From Amphiscolops sp. MND2022 (lineage: Eukaryota), in contig OZ076409.1 in the NCBI GenBank assembly GCA_964187785.1, positions 34,102,001 through 34,166,000 of the forward strand: DNA of 64,000 nucleotides. The letters run 5' to 3'. The first letter of the stretch is position 1, and the number at the start of each line of letters is the position of its first letter. A program made the position numbers and the translations under genes. Below, in pieces: positions 45,932 to 58,017 of the stretch. The notes beneath the pieces are model-generated. The model searched no databases and was not told the origin of the DNA. It saw only the letters and a list, made by a program, of their open reading frames with translations.

Positions 45932-48049
45932 TTTGTAGAAAAATTTGATCTTGAAGAATTGATTTCTTTCAGATATATTTTCTAACAAGATAGAACAAGG
46001 CAAGAGTTTGATGAAATTGAAAATTCAACTGAATTGTGCAATCACAAAAGACTGAGTCCCTCAGTTAGCTAAAATCATCGTATATATACCCTCCTAGCAT
46101 CATTTGATCACGAGTTAAGTCCTAATTTCCTTCGAATAATTAGTCATTTCCTGTATTTTCGGTGCAAAAATCATTTTGTTCCCAATTTCACGTCGACATT
46201 CCGTCAAATTTTAAGACACGGCTAATCTAATCTAGCATTAGTCATCAACCGTAATCATATTATTTCAGCTCGGCGTCCTTTTGTTTCCTCCCAAGCAGGA
46301 AGTAGATATTACTTCAGTCTGTCAAACCGGAAATATTTCCCTGTTTTGCTGCTTTGGTTCGTAAGAAACTGACGCTGAGGTGACGCCGGCATGAACAACT
46401 AATGCCTGAATTTTGATATTTCGCTCGGAAAAATGCTATGACTAATGTTTTCAGCTCTGTAATTTCCAATGATGCTAGGAAGGAAATGAAATTAAGATTA
46501 AAGAATTAGCAACAACCTCAAATTAGTTTCAAATTAAATAATTAATGGTTAACAAAATAAAACAACGACACATTGACGCTTGATGGCTTGATAGACTAAA
46601 TTGTCTAATTCAGACTTCTGCCCCAATTTAATAACATTTCAATCACAAATGCTGACTGATATTATTTTAGCATTCATCCGATGAATATACATAACACTCT
46701 TTCAACAGATTTTAACTTGCACGTAAAATAATATTTCGAACAAAAGTTTGACGACGTGAGAACGGCACTTTGTGGATTTTCTGAACAAGCAAGAGTTCAA
46801 AACCTTTTATCATCAGATCTTAAACATTACAAAAATGTACAATAGCAACACAAACAAACATTTATTCTGAGTTTATGCACATTGGGGTCAAAGCAATGAC
46901 CATCCTGATTAGGGGACGACGACGTACCGGCGTCCAATTAAACACAACAAGGTAATAGCACACGCTTTATGTAGTACAAAATACAAACGTATGAAAATAT
47001 ATTTCCAATACGAAAATACTATCGATTTACTTTCGTCATGCCCATAAACTGTGACTTTCACCTACATTATACGGGATTTCCATTTCAACTTAAGTTTTAG
47101 AGCAGAATTAATCCGGCAAAGGAAATATTTGACGAAAACGTGGCGTAGGTCTTCAAATTCCCTACTAATTGTCTTGTTAAATCACCAAACACTTTAAACG
47201 TATTCCTAGCACTAATTAGTTTGATTGATATTCATCATAATTTTTGGATGGACTAAAACAACTTGTCTTGATGGAATTTGGACGTACCGTGGACGTACGT
47301 ATTAGTATTAGGCCTGGTCCAGCATAGTGGACGTAACGCGGACGTAAATTTGAAGTAAGAATTAGTCCGCGCCTAGAAGACAACACCGTGACGTCACTAT
47401 GGCGGAAAATTGGAATGATTTTAAGTAGTGTCACTAATATAGGCGGTAAATTGGAATGGTTCTCTAGTGAGAGCGGACGGAACGGTGACGTCACACTATA
47501 TACTTTCAAGTCTGCTTCTTACCGACATCTATTATACATGTATTCTTTATTTTGTTTACTTAGCGCAGTGCCAACATCCTAATCCGCACTAATTGCTGTT
47601 CAAAGTGCAATTAAGCTGCCTTTCTTAGAAAAGGAGTGAATATCTCAGTGTGTCATCTCAATGTAGTTTCTATTTTAGATTCAGATAATGTCCTTTTTCC
47701 AATGGTGATTTTGGATATATTTTCATTTAAATCGGTTTATGGTCTTTATTTCACGACGTGTTTTAATTTAGTTTTCAGGTGGCGAATGTTTCTATTTTGG
47801 CGCACTAAGGACGTCCTACCGGATGTGCGTGAAAACATCTTATTTCATTTTAGTTTCTGTTCTCATTTTGTTGAAATTTTACGTAAGTTGGGCGTTCATT
47901 TTCGTATTCTTAGTCACAGTTTATTTCAAAGATAAGGTTTTAGAGTTACCAGTTAAAGTAAGATTTGGGGAATCTCAGGTTTCCTCCGTGTCCTCTCCCG
48001 ATCTTCAGTCGTCTACAACCACAAGCCAGACCGGGAGCGAGCTGTGACA
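45535..48049 (-). repeat. 5' LTR of Gypsy element 2 (2515 bp)
   Basis: Direct repeat of 31761-34269, bounded by the PBS and the TSD. Confidence 0.95.
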
Positions 48050-48530
48050 ACGAGTGGATATAATGTTCGTCTTTTGGACCGCTCAATACAATCAACACAG
48101 TTAGAAAGATTTTTTACGACAAGCACTGAGTTTCGGACATGCTTGCAAATATGAATTTGATTGAACTCTTTGTGATAAAAATTAGATAGTTTCGTTACTG
48201 CCACCTGTCACAAAAAGACGTTTTTCAGCATTCTTTTTTTTTAATATTTCTGCTTTAACAGGAATATTATTGTAACCTCAAACTTACTACTTTTTTTCAG
48301 AACAATTTTTGTCGTGATACTGGATAATTCAGATATTTTGTTCGGCAGTGACTGTAAGCGTGGGAAAGCTGCCGACAACAATTCAATTCTAGTGCGATGG
48401 AACGAGCGAGTGGTAATTATCCAATCGTATGCTGACGTCATTGAGATGAAGCGAGCGAATGTTCGTATTTGTGCTTTCGTTGCCCCGAGTTATTGAGATG
48501 AAGCGAATGAGTGTTAATTATTCGTTCGTT

Positions 48531-48780
48531 GAGAGCTTCGCCTGCATTCAAATGCGAATGCGAAACTTCGTCTACGCTTAGTAGTTATATTTTCTTTGGT
48601 CCGAGAAGAATGAAAGGCGGTGTAAACTTGTACAGTGATTACATGTAATTGTGCGCTAAATAATGATTGAACAAGAGTGTATTGGCATTCCAGATATGAT
48701 TCTTTTATTAATGATTTTTTTGTTTCAAAAAAAAGATTGAAGCAGAAATAGTACTGAGCCCCGGAGGGGCCTATTTTCCA
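48531..48780 (+). repeat. Dispersed repeat family, copy 2
   Basis: Homologous to 27182-27350 plus 27744-27765. Confidence 0.7.
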
Positions 48781-50030
48781 AACAGGGAAGCCTAAGTTCC
48801 GAGCTTTTGATGCCTTCCCCACTTGACTGGTTTAAAAAAACGATTGGGCCAACAGTAGCATGCTCCCCGCTCAAGACAACATGCGCTAAATTTTTGAAGA
48901 TATCAACTTTCTTCTTTCGAAAACCTTCTCTAAAAAGTTCCACAGTGCTTAAAAAATGGCGCTTTCTTCAATCGCGGATTGACTTTGCCTTTTGCGGTAC
49001 CATTTTTATTAGGTATGAAAATGTTCAAAAGAATTTAGAACTACTCAAAGAACGGGAACAAAAAACTCTTAACTGCCTCGCGTTTTGTCTTTCCCGTGGA
49101 ACAGAAATTAAGGATTTTTCTCAATTGACAGATTAATCGTTCGCTGGGATTTTTAGACGCACTCAACAAAGTTTAAAAAAGTGATGGTGATAAGGATTAC
49201 AATTTGACTTTCTTTAAAATCCAGATCTGTTTTCTCGTTCATCAAAATAAACTAAGTTTATACTCTACCGTTTTAAATTTTCAGTGAAGCTTTGTGGAGC
49301 TTTCTGTGAACATGATTTGTAAAATTGAAAATTTGGGATTATTTTGAAATATGAATGAAATTATTGAAAAAGTTACTTCTGGATATTGTTCACTGAATTA
49401 GTGTTTCCCCGAAAATTTATTGGAGAGTGCTTGACAAGATTTTTGAAATTTTGCAGTTGCAGAAGTATTTTTGAGCCCCGAAGCGTCCGACTTTACTGAA
49501 ACGTATTACGTTTTATCAGAAATCGTAATCGGTATAATTCAAAAGCGAAGCAGTTAGATTCGATCCACATTTTCTAACTGACGGAACCTGACAAGGAGAA
49601 ATAAATGTGCTAAATCTGAGAATTCAACCATAATTACCGAATTTTTCTTGATTTTGCACGCTATAAGTTTTCCAGAAAACGCTATGACTGTGGTTCAAAA
49701 TTAAATAAGGTCTTAAAAGCCTAACGTTGAACGTTTTAAGTTTAGAAACACTTTTTCGAAATCAAGTTGCTTTGTGGAAACCTTAACATCGACAAGTTAG
49801 AAGCGTCTTAGCTGTGTGAAACTTTTTGGTACATTCAAAGTTCAAAAACTCGAATCTCCAAACGAACTTGACGTACTCTGAGAAAAAAACTATGATTTTT
49901 CGAGACAAAATGGATGAAGTCATTTTTAAAAACTTTTCTTCAAGAACAGGAAACCCCGAATGTTTTAAAAAGCATATAAAAAATCAAAAAGGTTGGGGAT
50001 TAGGAAACCGCAAGGAGCTAACGTTCGGAC

Positions 50031-51400
50031 CGAAGCTAGGGAAACTCGTCGAAAAGCAACTCGCCGAAAACACAGACAGGAAAAACAAGACAGGAAAACT
50101 CGTCGAATACAAAAGTAAACTAACCTCAGTCAAGCAGATAATTGATTCAGCCATTGATAAAATAAAATATTCAAAGTAAGCGTCTTAGAGGACGCACATG
50201 TGAACTAATTACTTTTGATTGACAGCGACGCTGATGTTCGAACAAGCGGCACTATTTTCAAACAAAAATTAGGAAACAACTTTAAACACCAGTCAACAAC
50301 TTTTTTTCAACTGCATTGAATTTCAACGTACACGTGTAAGAAAAACATACAACCACAGCGTGCGTGCGTAAACCAGATGTGTCAATCCATATGCTCCTTG
50401 TGCGTTGAGTTTTCGATAAATAGTGTTCCTAAATATTGAAAAATGAATGAACTTGGACAAGTGGAAATGTCTCCGCCGCTAATGTGTGATGTCCGAGTTC
50501 GAGCCTAGTCTTTGGTAATTTTTCATTGAAATTACGGAAATTGATAAGCCCGATTCCCTAAAATTCCCAATTCCGGAATCTTGGGGTGTCGGGTTGAGAC
50601 GAGGAGGGAATACGAGGCAGGTTCTCGGTCAAATCCGGAAATATTAAAGTATCTCGCTCGTATTTTTGGGGTGCCGCAATAGTATCAACTCGTTTGTTGC
50701 GGAGAGATCTTTTCAGGGAAGAAATCATTGGAAGTTGCACTTTAGCACTGTCCGGTAGCTGCAGAGAAACAGAGCCGATTATGCACTGCGGCATCATATC
50801 AGAGGTCGTTGTTAGCTCGTCCATTTTTGTGAGTGCTTTCAGGACATCAATTCTTGCAGCATCTGGGGCATGGTTGTGGCTGTTGGTGTCTTTCACGACG
50901 GTATCGCACTGCACATGGATTCTTGATGAGCAAGTGCCTCTGTTTTCAGATCTACAATACGTCGTACCTTGTGATTCTGTATCATTTAGATAGACAAATT
51001 GATTGAATATTAGTTTTTTTACCTTTGCGAGTTCACGTGTTCAATGCTCATGTTGAATGATTTTGATTGATAATAATAAAATTGAATGATAGCAATGTAA
51101 GCAATGTTAGTGATTCGGATTTTTGAAACTTATATTGTTGGCAAATTTATATCTTCTTTCAGTTAGCACCTTTATCTTTTCAATTCGGAGTTATATTTAA
51201 CTGGAGTCAAATAATCGGCAGCAATTAGTCAGTTTACCTGAGACGCGTTTGGATGTGGTATTTGTGCTTAATTGGCGTTGTTTAATTATTCGGCGAGTTT
51301 GCATTTGATTTTCGACGAGTTAATTTTCGACGAGTTTTCCTACCTTTCTTTTCGGCTAGTTGTTTTCGGCGAGTTGTTTTCGACGAGTTTTCCCCATACC
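50031..51400 (-). mobile_element. Mutator-like (MULE) element, internally deleted
   Basis: TIRs built of AACTCG(T/C)CGAAAA repeats at both ends. TSD TTCGGACC (50023-50030, 51401-51408). Contains a FLYWCH remnant. Confidence 0.8.
50558..51051 (-). pseudogene. FLYWCH zinc-finger N-terminus of a MULE transposase
   Basis: KLIFNQFVY...TTYCRSENRGTCSSRIH...HNHAPD matches the FLYWCH layout. Frameshift near the start; DDE core absent. Confidence 0.7.
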
Positions 51401-51733
51401 TTCGGACCTAAGTATTTCACGGAGCTTTTCGTCGCTTTCCTTCAAACAAAAAATAATTCCCCAGAGAGATGAACTTTGGTTAATGCGATAGAAAAGGTAT
51501 CAGGAACCAAAGAACCGTATACATAATAAAGCGCCCAGACAAAAGCGCCCAGTCAAAAGCCCCTCGATATGAAGCGCCTCTCACTATTTTCGAGCTAATT
51601 TCCCCGCCTCTGATTAAACCAAAATGAAGATGTTAAAAATGACAATTCACTAACAATGCCAGATTTGGCATTTCCACACCTAACAAATCCCAATTTGAAA
51701 ACACCAGAATTTCTTCTTATTTCACCATTTTTT

Positions 51734-52927
51734 ATTACACTTGCGATAAGCAAGTGTTATGGGAAAGTGCGGGTGCTTTTTTTTCCGCGCGACAACTCTC
51801 TCATTTCACGCGGCAACTCGCACGTTTCACGCGTTCGTGGTCTAGTGGTAAGATGCCTACTTTTCAACCCAGAGGTTTCGTGTTCGAACCCGTGGGTATG
51901 CGCTACTTTTTTTACAAGTATTCCGAAGCAGAAAGTTCTCACATTTTTTGGCACTATGAGACTTTTCGGCTTTGTGAGACTTTTTTTCGAAATTTTTAAA
52001 ATGTCCCCAAAGAGTCCTCCTTTCAATTTTTTGAAATTTTGCAACAGAACGAATGTTAAAAAATCCCAAAAGGTCCCCCTTTTTCAGAATTTTTGGCACT
52101 ATGAGACTGTTCAAAATTCTCATTTTTGTTTTTTTGAAAATTTTTTAAAGACTCCTCATTTTTTTTCAAAAATTTTCAATGTTTACAGAGGGTCCACCCT
52201 TCTGTTTGTTTGATATTTTGCAACGGAACGAATGTTAAAAAATCCCAAAGGGTCACTTTCTCCAGATTTTTTGGCACTATGAGACTGCCATTAAAATTTC
52301 CATTTTTTGTTTTATTTCGAAATTTTTTTAAAGACTCCAAAGAGTCCCCCTTCAATTTTTCGAAATTTTGCAACAGAATGGGTAATAAAAAATCTCGAAG
52401 GGTCCCCTCTTTCACAGTTTTCAGCATTGTGAGATTTTACAAAAGGAATAATTTTCGTGTTAAAATTTCGAGGTTTTCTCAGGCCCAGCACGCTATATCC
52501 GATTTTTGTTTTTTTTTATAAAAAAAGACCAGTTTTTTTCTATGCGACTTTTTTTAAAAATTTGTTTCACCGAAGCCCCTCCTCAATTTTTGCCGGAAAC
52601 GAAAAGTTTTGCGAGAGTTAAGGACTCCTCAAGGTTTTCGCCACTATGCGACTTACCGGAGACCATCAAAAATATTTTTGAAAAAATTTTTTCCTCATTT
52701 TTTTGTTTTTTTTTAAAGGTTTTTCGTTGAGAAAGATGGTTTTTTGCTGTTTTCAGTTGGGGAAGAATGGTTCTCGAGACTTATGCGTATCCCTTCGGGT
52801 ATTTTTGGCGCTGTAAAATTGATGAAATTTTAATGTCCTTTTACCCTTGGTTCTTCGTATGATATTGCTTATTTGGTTTCTTCAAAAGTTCGCAAGTGTT
52901 TGCGAAGCACGGCTTCGCCTCTGTGTA
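51734..52927 (+). mobile_element. Non-autonomous Helentron/DINE-1-like element with tRNA-like head and internal tandem repeats
   Basis: 5' subTIR ACACTTGCG (51737) with adjacent inverted copy GCAAGTGT (51750); 3' subTIR CGCAAGTGT (52891); hairpin GCGAAGC-ACG-GCTTCGC (52902-52918); internal degenerate repeats of TTTTTGGCACTATGAGACT... Confidence 0.7.
51828..51905 (+). other. tRNA-derived (Glu-like) Pol III promoter; not a functional tRNA
   Basis: A-box TGGTCTAGTGG and B-box GTTCGAACC at tRNA spacing, TTC at the anticodon position, poorly paired anticodon stem. Confidence 0.6.
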
Positions 52928-53327
52928 CCAAAATATACTGTTTTCTTTGAAAGCTTAATGAAAATTATTTATCGACTTGTTTTAAAATGAAAACTTATAA
53001 TTAGTTTATTGGAGTGAATCATTGTAAATTGTTGGTAAAATAGAGTCAGCAAATCCTCTGTAGCCTATGATTGCGGCGCTTTTGACTGTGCATTTTGGGC
53101 GCTTTTGTCTCGTAATCAAAGCCTCAGACGATGGCTGTAAATGGATTAATATCAGCTGGCTTATCAGAAACCATGGGGATGGATGTTATCGTTGGAAATT
53201 CAACCAGCACTTACCCAGCTTGTGTTTCAAATTCACCAGTTTACCCAAACCTATCCCTTTGTTTGGATGTTCTGGCCAACCAACACAGATATACAACAGC
53301 CAAAATCTCCCAATAGGGACAACTAGC

Positions 53328-54306
53328 AAGACCGTTTTTGTCAAGCCTTTGATAGGTTGAACCTTATTGTTTTAAATTGGTCCTTTTGAAACGGTTGAGA
53401 TGTTGAAATGGAAAATCTCAGGAGCAACCGGCATCCCGATTCATGAGCAACGTCTGTTTCTGTCAGGAACATTGCTCCAAGATGGCAATCTGCTAATTTG
53501 GCACTGTATTCAGCATCAAAATGTTTTGAATCTGACGCGCACAATTCCAGGCGGGCGGATGTTGCATGTTAAGAATTTGATGATTGATAAATATATAAGT
53601 TTGGAGGTGGGAAATTACGAAACTATTGGGAATGTCAAAGCCAAAATTCAAAATTTTACTGGTTACAATACATTTGACCAGAGGATAGCTTTCAGTGGCA
53701 AAGCACTCGATGACAATGACACATTGCAACAATGTGGAATTTTGAATGAAAATCAGCCTCTATGTTTAATTCTGAAAAATAACAATGAAAGTGGCTGATG
53801 AAGATTTGGATCCGCAATACAATTTCTGCTATCCAGAAAAGGACTATCTTAATTTTAGTCGCGGCGGAAAACCGTTCAAAAGACCTGTTTCATGGCAAAA
53901 GTTTGCAATCAAAGTAAAAGGTAAGTATGAGAATGACATTTGGTTGGGGACCATGGCATCAACGAATCGTACTTTCAGTGTTTATGGCGAGTGGCCCGTT
54001 TCTTATCATGGAACAAGCCTCGAAGCTGCTGATCATATTGCGAGCAGAGGATTCGAGTTGAGAAAAAGCAGAAGAGAAGCGTATGGGAAAGGAATCTATT
54101 CCAGCCCGGACCCAGAAGTGGCGGAAGGATATGCTAAGAAGTTTATGCACGAAGGTAAAGAATATAAACTCATGTTCATGAACAGAGTGAACATGAACAA
54201 CACTAACGAGGTGCTTACGGAATTCGGAATGTATTATATTACTTCCAATGAAAATTCCATCCGGCCATACGCTATATTGATTAAACAAGTGAACACAAAC
54301 CAATGA
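53328..54306 (+). pseudogene. Tandem ubiquitin-like domains fused to a PARP-like ADP-ribosyltransferase domain (NEURL4/GIG2-like type), disrupted
   Basis: Ubl1 KTVFVKPLIG*TLLF*IGPFETVEMLK..GIPIHEQRL..IPGG; Ubl2 ISLEV..ETIGNVKAKIQ..DQRIAFSGKALDD; ART RGG..RP.W.KFAIKV, WPVSYHGT, YGKGIYSSP, RVN, IRPYAILIK. Stops at 53358 and 53373, and a frame change at 53785-53798. Confidence 0.8.
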
Positions 54307-55585
54307 ACTTGAAAAAGCACTATAATAATCAAAACAGTATTCATCAACAGTCATTTGAATCAAAAAGGTATTACAAACATTTGTAAATAGTTCTAATAAG
54401 TACAGTTACGCAATCGTTTTTCGATTTGATCAACTAATGCCTATATGTATTGAAACTGGTGTCGTAAAACTTCATTATTGCTTTGTCAAGCCTTTTTGGG
54501 TTGGATAGCAACTACCTGAAGCTAAATGTGAGGACTGATTTTTTCCTGTTTGTGCTACGTTAGCTTGCACTCATGCACATAGTAGGGTTTTGGAAGATCC
54601 TAGCTATCACTTCCATGATCAGAAAAGATCACAGGACCCTACTGTATCTTGAAACATTACTTTCACCCCGGCCAAATCGAAACTTTTGCTCCATTAACTC
54701 TGTAATCAGTGCTTTCACGTCTGAAAAACTACAAAATGATTACATATTTGCTGTTCAACAACTCATTTTTTACGCTTTTGAATGATGTACTTTTAAAATT
54801 ATTTTAATTGAACTCACGTCAATTTTTAGTCGGCGCTTCATGAAGTGAAAGCAACTATACTAGTGACATTTTCAATCAACACGAACTTACCAAAATAGTT
54901 CTTCAAAGTTCTAGAAATCTTAGAGTGTCAAAATGGACCATTTGGCCCAGGGAAATGAATTATAATCTCGGTCTCGGCTTGTTCTTCTTGAATAGTAGTT
55001 GCCACCAATGCTGATAAATTCCGAATATACAAATTTCAGAATCCCATGCAATTTCGATCAGTTTCCTTGATTTTTAACCTCCAAAGACCCCGAATGGACA
55101 CTTGATTCACCCACTCATACAAATAAATTTCACCATTCCCAATTGAACAGATGCGCAAGCGCTAGACCTCCTTTTAGTTGCTTTTTCGATATATTTTTTG
55201 TCTTTTGGATAATTTCTTTCAAGTGTCCAAATTTTGAATCTCGCAAGTGTAAAGCTAACGTTTGGTGAATTGTTACTTTGTCAACATTGTCGCTTTGACT
55301 AAAGGACAAATTACAAGGGTGAATTCTTCCACCCAGACGGTAGAATGTCATTAGGAGTTGTTTTCTATCCGTTTTCAGACGAGTGACGTTTACTTCTAAC
55401 AATGCTTTTCCGCGACTCAAAACCAAAAAAAGCCTTTTGGAGTTGCAAAAAAATAGGAACATCCAATTTACAATACAATTATCCACATTTTAGGTGTTTT
55501 CTGTTTAATCTGAGATTAGGTTCGATTGATTACTGGTACAACTGAATAACTTCCGACTTTCTTGCACAAAGCATACAGTAATTCA

Positions 55586-55818
55586 GGTTACATTCGGTTT
55601 CATTCCGGTTCATGACCTTACCGAGATTCGGTTCTAGAACTACAAACTTTGTTATATGTCTAGAGTACCTGCTAGTGTTGATAAATACATATTGCATCAA
55701 TACTAAATTAGATATTTCTTTTACAATACTTTGATATCTACAGTCTAGACCTATACCAAAGAAATTCTCTTTTAGTAACCTTTCTTTTCTTAACTACTGA
55801 GTTTGTTAGAATAGAACT
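55586..55818 (+). repeat. 5' LTR of element 3
   Basis: Direct repeat of 61095-61329 with several mismatches, including the terminal bases. Confidence 0.9.
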
Positions 55819-57646
55819 TGGCGCAGTCAGCCAATTTTTAAATAAATTGAAACCTTCTTAACAAACCGAAACTATGGCAGAAAAAATATCGTAAAAAACT
55901 TCGAAACTAAAAACACAGGCGGAAATCCGGTATTTACACCGAGACAATGGCTTGAAAGATTCAAACAATTTACAAAACAGGAACACAAAATTGATATTAC
56001 ACCCTTACTCAAAGGAGAAGAAATAACTGATTCCCGTTGGGCCGCGAAAGAACAAGCAACAAGAAGATTTCATCTGGAGAGTGGGACCGGAAGCACTCTT
56101 CCAAATAACCCGAGCAGAATACAAGACAGACCCGGGCAGCATAAAAATAAAAAATCGAATCCGGTTATATACCGCATACTATTTACCGAAACGAAACACT
56201 TACCACAACCGAAGAGATTTTTTCTGGGCGAAACAATCAGGAGAAGAAACACCGGAGAAATTTTGGAGACGACTGATTGAAATTGAAAAAGAATGCAACC
56301 TCGGCACTATCTCAGCCGAAGAATTACAAATCTCAAAATATATGACTGCAATAACCAACAAGAAAATAGGGGACAAAATATTGAAAGAAAAAAACGCTGG
56401 AAATGAAGAAAATAATTGATTTAATCAAGCAGAACACATACGAAAAGAAAAATAAAAATATTACAATCCCGGAATCATCTCATCAAAAAAACAATTGACA
56501 AAAGAAGAGCGGATACAGAGAATGGAAAGATTCGGAACAAAACCGAAAAAGAAACAATTCGGAAACAGACCATGCAGGTTTTGCAACGCACCAAATTGGT
56601 CCCCTATACATAAATGTCCGGCAGTAGAAGCAAACTGTAACAAATGCGGAAAGAAAGGCCATTTCGCAAAAGCATGTAGACAAAGACTGTAGAATAACCG
56701 AACAGTGAAAAGACTACCCGAAGACGAAACTCAACAATCGAACGAATCAACTAGCGAATCAGAAGAAAGCAAACACCACATCAAAGAAGTAGGAACAATC
56801 GAAGAAAAGAACAAACACTACACGGCAACAATTAGAAAAAACGGAGTGAAGAAAGAATTTATCATAGACACCGGATCACCAAAAACAATAGTGCCACCCG
56901 ACGAAAAATTTATGAACACACCGAAATTCAGAAAAACCAAACCGATACCAAGATGTAAATAAAAACGAAGTAAAATTCAGGGAGAAAGTTCCGGTGAATA
57001 TCGAGTACGAAAATAACAAACAGAAAATGGAAATTCTGATAACTGAAAGAACAGATATAACGCCGTTACTCGGGATGGACTGGATGAAAACATTCAAACT
57101 AACTATCGGAAGAATGCAATTGGCCGAGATCAACCAATCAGAAGAGGAGAAAATCATTAATAGATTTCCGGTTTCGTTCGAAAACAATGAAACGATAAAA
57201 GACACCGAATTAAAAACACAACTAAAACCCGGACTTTTCCGGTAAAACACTTTACCCGGTAAAACAATAGGCCCGACCGGTACCAATACACCTACAAGAA
57301 GATGTTGGAAGAGAATTAGAAAAAACTGATTAAATCCGGACCCTTAGAGAAATTTAAAGATGTCGACGAAGATTGTTTTGTATCACCGGTAGTAATCACA
57401 GTGAAAAGCGACAAATCACTGAAAATAACACTAGACTCCTGGAAGCTGAATGATAGTTGCATCAAAATGAGACCACATATGCCGAACATGGACGAACTCT
57501 TAAATCAGATTTCGGTAGAAATAACACGCTTCCGAACAATGCAACTATTCGTTTCCAAAATAGACGTAGATTAGGCATAGGGGCAAATGAAGTTATCCGA
57601 AGAAACTAGCCGACAATGCGTATTCACATTACCCGGAGAAAAATTT

Positions 57647-58017
57647 CATTACAACACACAACTTTCATGAGCGTGAAAAGCCTATTAAAAATCCTCGAAC
57701 GCCCCATGAGGGAATTTTCACTGGCCCCAGTGTATTACTTTTTGTATTAATATTACCTATTTGTATTTTTTTAAATTTCTGGAAGCTTAAGGTATTTTAA
57801 TAATTGGTAAAAACAGAGATTTTTGTATCTACTTTATCATTAAAACCTGATACGACTTATAGAGTTTTCTAATAAATGACCCCATTCTCAGGATTCATTA
57901 ACAACTGAAAATTGTATCAGTAATCCTTATACTTCAATGCATATTGGCTTATAAGGAAAACTTATGCATTTTAGACACGTATATTCACGCGTACTCTGAA
58001 AGTTTTGTCTTGTAATG
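57647..58017. mobile_element. MITE inserted in the RT of element 3
   Basis: Imperfect TIRs CATTACAACACACAACTTTCA / TGAAAGTTTTGTCTTGTAATG; splits the RT motif GEKF|SGYYRF. Confidence 0.75.

Larger units (their letters stand above)
31761..48049 (-). mobile_element. Full-length Ty3/Gypsy LTR retrotransposon 2 (16.3 kb) with accessory genes
   Basis: Two ~2.5-kb direct repeats with TG..CA ends, 5-bp TSD ACGAG (31756-31760 and 48050-48054), PBS next to the 5' LTR, and gag and pol on the - strand. Confidence 0.96.

Noticed and set aside
51828..51905. Functional tRNA-Glu gene
   Set aside because: The anticodon stem does not pair properly, and the segment is embedded in a repeat element.
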